In this document: positions 14,638-18,383 of the stretch, piece after piece
How the letters are laid out: each line of letters opens with the position of its first letter
How positions within the stretch are numbered: position 1 is the first letter of the stretch
Assembly: GCA_036339875.1 (NCBI GenBank)
Contig: JAYZAC010000069.1
Span: 1 to 18,383 of the forward strand
Direction: 5' to 3'
Source of the DNA: a bacterium
Lineage (GTDB): Bacteria; Muiribacteriota; UBA6191
DNA: 18,383 nucleotides
The notes under the pieces: generated by a model
The model's input: only the letters and a program-made list of their open reading frames with translations
The model's database searches: none
What the model was told of the DNA's origin: nothing
Made by a program: the position numbers and the translations under genes

Positions 14638-17367
14638 TTATCCGCCTAATAATTGAAGAGCTTGCTGTGGTAGAGCATTAGCTTGGGCTAATTGTGCGGT
14701 TCCCGCTTGAATTAGAATTTGTGTTCTCGTAAATGAAACAGTTTCCACTGCTATATCCACGTCTCTAATTCGAGATTCTGCAGCCTGTAGGTTATTCGTG
14801 GTTACGGTTAAGTTATTAATGGTCGATGTTAAACGATTCTGCAATGAACCTAACTTTGATCTTTCGGAGCTTACTTTTCTAACAGCTCTATCGACAGTTC
14901 CTAGGGCCTTTATAGCAGAAGCAAAACTTGTTACATCAATACCTTTAAGCCCTAATGCTCTAGCTGAAAAATTTGCAATACTACTTTCTAAAGTTTGACT
15001 TTCATTTGCACCAATTTGAAGTGAGAAGCTTCGGTCTGATACATGAACCGCATACTCTGTTCTACCAACCCCCTGAGCTGCTTGAGTTCCATCTATACCA
15101 AAACTACTAAATAATGTTGTTTGCGAAGTTGAGGCAGTAAAGGTCGTTGGTTCAACACCAATGCCAAAACGAGGGTCTTTAGATGTGAATAATATTCTAG
15201 AATCATCGCCAACGGATTTTGAATGAAATTGTAGCCTTCCACCCGAATCATAACCAAAGGTCACATCGGTAGAATTTAATCCACTACTATTAATAATTTG
15301 TGCAATTGAGGTAGAGGAGACTGCTTGATTAACATTTGTAGCGACTTGACGTCTATTTCCGCCAACATCTTGAATACCGGCTGCAAGAACAATATCTCCG
15401 CTTGAGGCTCCAAATCGATCGATAATTTCGAAACGTACTGTGGTATCAAAAATATAACCTCGGTCAGCGAAGGCATCATTTGTTAACCCAGTAAAGTCGG
15501 CAGGAACTCCACCTTTACCAACTGCAGTTCCACCATCAACCATACCGATATCTGCTAGATTTCCATTCCCAATTAAAGAGATTTTAAGTGCAGTATCTTC
15601 ACCATCTTCCAAAGACTCTATACTTAATTGACCACTATTATTAATTTTTGCTTCAGCCATTATGTTGGCACTTCGCATAGAATTATTAATTACTTGAACG
15701 ATGCTAACAGGGGAGATGTTTGAGTTAGCTGGAAACTGAATTCTATCGGGAGTGTTAAAGGTATCTGTCTCTCTACCATCAGGTCCTTCGATCTTAAAGA
15801 TTAAATCAGTAACACCAACCTTGAGGCCATTACTAACATCTTTTGCTCCCTCTAACCGTGCTATTTCGCCCTGATCGCCCATGAATACTCCATTCTGAAT
15901 ACCCAGAACATTACTAGCAGATGAGCTTGCATTATAGATTGATATTTTGGCACTAGAACCCGTGAATCCAGAAGATAGTATAAGATTATTTCCACGGAAT
16001 GATGCCCTGATATTGGGAGGCGTCCAAATACGATCTGGATTACCACTAAATACAAGACTTTTATTTGCTCCAATATCGCGTCCCAATCCTATTGAAGTAT
16101 TAATGATACTTTCTATGGATGCTGTAGAGTATGTCGTATTTGCTTTTAATGTAATTTGAACTGGGTCAGAAGGTATGGTTTCGCCTTCACCTGTGGCTGT
16201 AACTGTATATGCATTCGTGTCTGCAATTGTGAATGTCGCATCAGTATTGCCAATTCTAATAACGTCCACTGGCGATTCAGTTCCATCAATTGTGGCTGGA
16301 GTAGCAGGTTCAAATTCAAGATCTATTCCAGGAATAACGCCCGAGAAACGTGTATTCGTGGTTGATGATTGAGTAATAATTGGATCAACGACACCTTGTT
16401 GAGTAGCGGTGGCTCGGTAAGCAGGGTCTCTGGAGGGTACCGTCTCTTCAAAACCAAATGCTTTTATGAGGTTTTCATCTGCTGCAAAGCTGATATCTCC
16501 AATTGTTCCCTCAGAGCCAGAGGTAAATAATACTTGTCCAGTTGATCGATTAAAACTTACATCAGTGCCTCGAATACCAAGTCCACCTTCACGAGGTGAT
16601 TTGGTGATAGCAGACTTCAATTGGCTCACCAATTCTTGGACACTCACATCAGCTGAAAGGGTAACTCTAGTTATATTAGTATTCCCACGAATGGTTAATT
16701 CTTGAGGTGTAGACAGAACGCTATTTCCCTCGTTATTGAAAAAGGATTCAATATCTCCAATTTTGGTATCAAGGTCGACTAGTTCACCTTCATCTTTATC
16801 CACAAGAATATTACTAGCAAGTTGTTGCCTTTCTCCTCTAGAGGCTAGATTTATTTCTACCAGATAGTCGCCAGAACTACCCGTAGTGCTATCAACTTGG
16901 ATACCTTCCATACCTTCAGAATTTACGCTAACTAAAGCGGTAGCAGAGCCATCCAGAAGTTTTTTGGTATTGAATTCGGTAGTTGATGCAATTCGATCCA
17001 TTTCATCGACTAATTGATCAACTTCACGCTGTATCTCTTGGCGATCATTGGTAGTTAAGGTATCACTAGATGCTTGAATTGTTAGTTCTCTGATTCGATT
17101 AAGAATTGCTGCATCTTCGTTTAATGCTCCCTCAGCAGTTTGAATTAGTGATATACCATCTTGAGCATTTAATATAGCGCGGTTTAGACCTTTAATCTGA
17201 CCTCTCAATTTTTCACTAATGGTTAACCCAGCAGCATCATCAGCACCGCGATTAATCCTGAGTCCCGAGGAGAGTCTTTCTATTGAAGTATTCAGAGTCT
17301 GCTGATTCTTCTGCAGATTACCCTGTGCAATTAGAGCGCTGACATTATTATTTATTCGAAAACCCAT
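14638..17367 (-). CDS. fliC: Flagellin, very large (~909 aa) with a multi-domain variable region
   Basis: MGFRINNNVSAL...ERLSSGLRINRGADDAAGLTISEKLRGQI.GL..A..NAQDGISLIQTAEGAL; T.FNTKKLLDG; C-terminal LQIGANE.Q, RSKLGSLQNRL, NLQAAESRIRDVD.A.E...FTR.QIL.QAGTA.LAQAN..PQ.ALQLL. ATG 17367 has an AGGGAG SD and is preferred over TTG 17388. Confidence 0.97.
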   Translation of the reverse strand: MGFRINNNVSALIAQGNLQKNQQTLNTSIERLSSGLRINRGADDAAGLTISEKLRGQIKGLNRAILNAQDGISLIQTAEGALNEDAAILNRIRELTIQASSDTLTTNDRQEIQREVDQLVDEMDRIASTTEFNTKKLLDGSATALVSVNSEGMEGIQVDSTTGSSGDYLVEINLASRGERQQLASNILVDKDEGELVDLDTKIGDIESFFNNEGNSVLSTPQELTIRGNTNITRVTLSADVSVQELVSQLKSAITKSPREGGLGIRGTDVSFNRSTGQVLFTSGSEGTIGDISFAADENLIKAFGFEETVPSRDPAYRATATQQGVVDPIITQSSTTNTRFSGVIPGIDLEFEPATPATIDGTESPVDVIRIGNTDATFTIADTNAYTVTATGEGETIPSDPVQITLKANTTYSTASIESIINTSIGLGRDIGANKSLVFSGNPDRIWTPPNIRASFRGNNLILSSGFTGSSAKISIYNASSSASNVLGIQNGVFMGDQGEIARLEGAKDVSNGLKVGVTDLIFKIEGPDGRETDTFNTPDRIQFPANSNISPVSIVQVINNSMRSANIMAEAKINNSGQLSIESLEDGEDTALKISLIGNGNLADIGMVDGGTAVGKGGVPADFTGLTNDAFADRGYIFDTTVRFEIIDRFGASSGDIVLAAGIQDVGGNRRQVATNVNQAVSSTSIAQIINSSGLNSTDVTFGYDSGGRLQFHSKSVGDDSRILFTSKDPRFGIGVEPTTFTASTSQTTLFSSFGIDGTQAAQGVGRTEYAVHVSDRSFSLQIGANESQTLESSIANFSARALGLKGIDVTSFASAIKALGTVDRAVRKVSSERSKLGSLQNRLTSTINNLTVTTNNLQAAESRIRDVDIAVETVSFTRTQILIQAGTAQLAQANALPQQALQLLGG

Positions 17368-17412
17368 GGCTGGTCTCCCTGATAGCAACCCTCTTTGGTT
17401 ACGTTACTGAGA

Positions 17413-17430
17413 GAACTCATCCTTGAGCTC
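17413..17430 (-). promoter_or_regulatory. Putative CsrA-binding hairpin in the flagellin 5' UTR
   Basis: Minus strand GAGCTC-AAGGAT-GAGTTC: a 6-bp stem (one G-U pair) with an ANGGAN hexaloop. A second ANGGA (AGGGA) overlaps the SD at ~17376-17380. Confidence 0.7.
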
Positions 17431-17463
17431 CAAATAGTTTAAGACTTTTCGCCTATTTCAAAG

Positions 17464-17491
17464 TTATCGACAGCTACAACAATAATTCTTA
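17464..17491 (-). promoter_or_regulatory. Putative sigma-28 (FliA/SigD) promoter of flagellin
   Basis: Minus strand TAAG-N16-GTCGATAA versus the consensus TAAA-N15/16-GCCGATAA, about 97 nt upstream of the ATG, with a T-rich tract just upstream. Confidence 0.75.
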
Positions 17492-17508
17492 AACAAATAA
17501 AAACAAAC

Positions 17509-18383
17509 TCAAATAGTCTTAATGAGTTGTTTTAAACCAGATACTAGAAAGAACATAATTAAAATAGGTAGGAATAGAAGAGAGACTGACAGTCCAATCA
17601 ACAGAAAACGAGATAACCATTTTAAAAAGACTTGGTTTTCAATTAATTCAGCCATTGGCGGAGAATATAGATAGTAGTTTTGAATTAACTTTAAGCCCCA
17701 AGGATTATTTATTAAAAAATGATCTCGAAAGTAGACGAATGATTTTGTGATGAAACTATTTTTTCCAAAACTTGCCGATATTATGAAACATCCACCACTT
17801 TGGCTTGGTCCTGGTATGAACGTAGGATCAAACGGTACAAAAGAATTATTTTGATTAGAATTTGTACCGTCATCTTCGATTATTGAAACCAATGTGACAC
17901 TTTCATTACTTGAAGATTTTCCATCTCTTACTGTTAATGAGAACTCATAAAATCCGGTTGCACTAGCAAAAAATGTAGTTACAGAGCTATTTTGACTGCT
18001 CAGAATGACAGGTGTGCCGCTAATTTGTTGCCAAAAATAAGTCAGTGGATCACCGTCTTGATCAAAACTGCGATTACCATCTAATGTAATCACTGAAGAT
18101 CGAGCCTGAATTTGATTGTCACTGGCGATTGCGATAGGCACGAATTGGGTATCGCTATTTACTGCTACTGTTACGATATCTTCAAATGAGTAAAATTGAT
18201 CTGTAGCCACAACTAGTGAAAATGAATACAATCCGCCTTTATTAGGCGAGAAACTTGTACTAGATGCATTGCTATTACTCAGATTAACTGTTTCTGGTCC
18301 TCCGGTTTGTTTCCAGAAATAATTGATTAACTGACTACTACCTCCCGTACTTGTCGAACCATCAAGTAATATGGTTCGGTTTA
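17509..18383 (-). CDS. Surface/secreted protein with PKD-like (Ig-fold) repeats and a C-terminal CFI-box-CTERM-like domain plus TM anchor; 5'-incomplete
   Basis: The frame stays open to the window edge (..NRTILLDGSTSTGGSSQLINYFWKQTGGPETVNLS..FSPNKGGLYSFSLVV..). Second repeat: ITLDGNRSFDQDGDPLTYFWQQISG...GFYEFSLTVRDG. Tail: GGCFIISASFG...FRDHFL...G..LI..YY.YSPPMA followed by a hydrophobic helix. Confidence 0.85.
   Translation of the reverse strand, partial: NRTILLDGSTSTGGSSQLINYFWKQTGGPETVNLSNSNASSTSFSPNKGGLYSFSLVVATDQFYSFEDIVTVAVNSDTQFVPIAIASDNQIQARSSVITLDGNRSFDQDGDPLTYFWQQISGTPVILSSQNSSVTTFFASATGFYEFSLTVRDGKSSSNESVTLVSIIEDDGTNSNQNNSFVPFDPTFIPGPSQSGGCFIISASFGKNSFITKSFVYFRDHFLINNPWGLKLIQNYYLYSPPMAELIENQVFLKWLSRFLLIGLSVSLLFLPILIMFFLVSGLKQLIKTI

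Noticed and set aside
858..16705. Short ORFs from the six-frame track (e.g. 858-1121, 1290-1496, 2112-2309, 2946-3203, 5368-5568, 7005-7289, 7985-8176, 9983-10433, 11249-11542, 11990-12172, 14798-16705 set)
   Set aside because: All lie inside well-supported genes, antisense or out of frame, with no recognisable motifs; these are shadow ORFs.
15088..16900. Enzymatic (flagellinolysin-type) insert in the flagellin
   Set aside because: No HExxH or other catalytic motif was seen; the region is explained by repeated structural domains.
17368..17388. TTG start giving a 916-aa flagellin
   Set aside because: MGFRINNN is the canonical flagellin N-terminus and the AGGGAG SD lies within this extension, so ATG 17367 is preferred.
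17774..17781. Perfect GCCGATAT sigma-28 -10 box on the + strand
   Set aside because: It lies antisense within a coding region, has no -35 at 15-16 nt, and is explained by the codons for IISAS. It also shows that such boxes can arise by chance.
18229..18231. Start codon of the PKD protein at 18231
   Set aside because: The frame is open to the window edge and encodes another PKD-like repeat; the real start is outside the window.

Overview
AT-rich, densely coding bacterial chromosomal window (standard code; TAG, TAA and TGA all used as stops) from a flagellated organism. No rRNA, tRNA, CRISPR array or mobile element is visible. The + strand carries the 3' part of a biotin-dependent acyl-CoA carboxylase alpha subunit, a receiver/acidic-linker/FapA(DUF342) fusion, a YcgR-like PilZ protein, a stand-alone receiver, a BatE-like TPR-TM-SH3 protein, a TPR protein, a small membrane ORF, hemL, a tandem cNMP-binding protein without HTH, a minimal biotin ligase, a hypothetical protein and a UPF0104 membrane protein. 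The - strand carries an oversized FlgE-family hook protein (783 aa, internally duplicated), a giant flagellin (~909 aa, about four repeated surface domains) and the 3' end of a PKD-repeat protein with a CFI-box-CTERM-like tail. The most notable observation is that the isolated flgE-like gene and the flagellin gene share the same 5' regulatory layout: a sigma-28-like promoter, a CsrA-type GGA hairpin and a second GGA over the Shine-Dalgarno. This is expected for flagellin but not for a hook gene. All family assignments come from motif recognition by eye; no searches were run.
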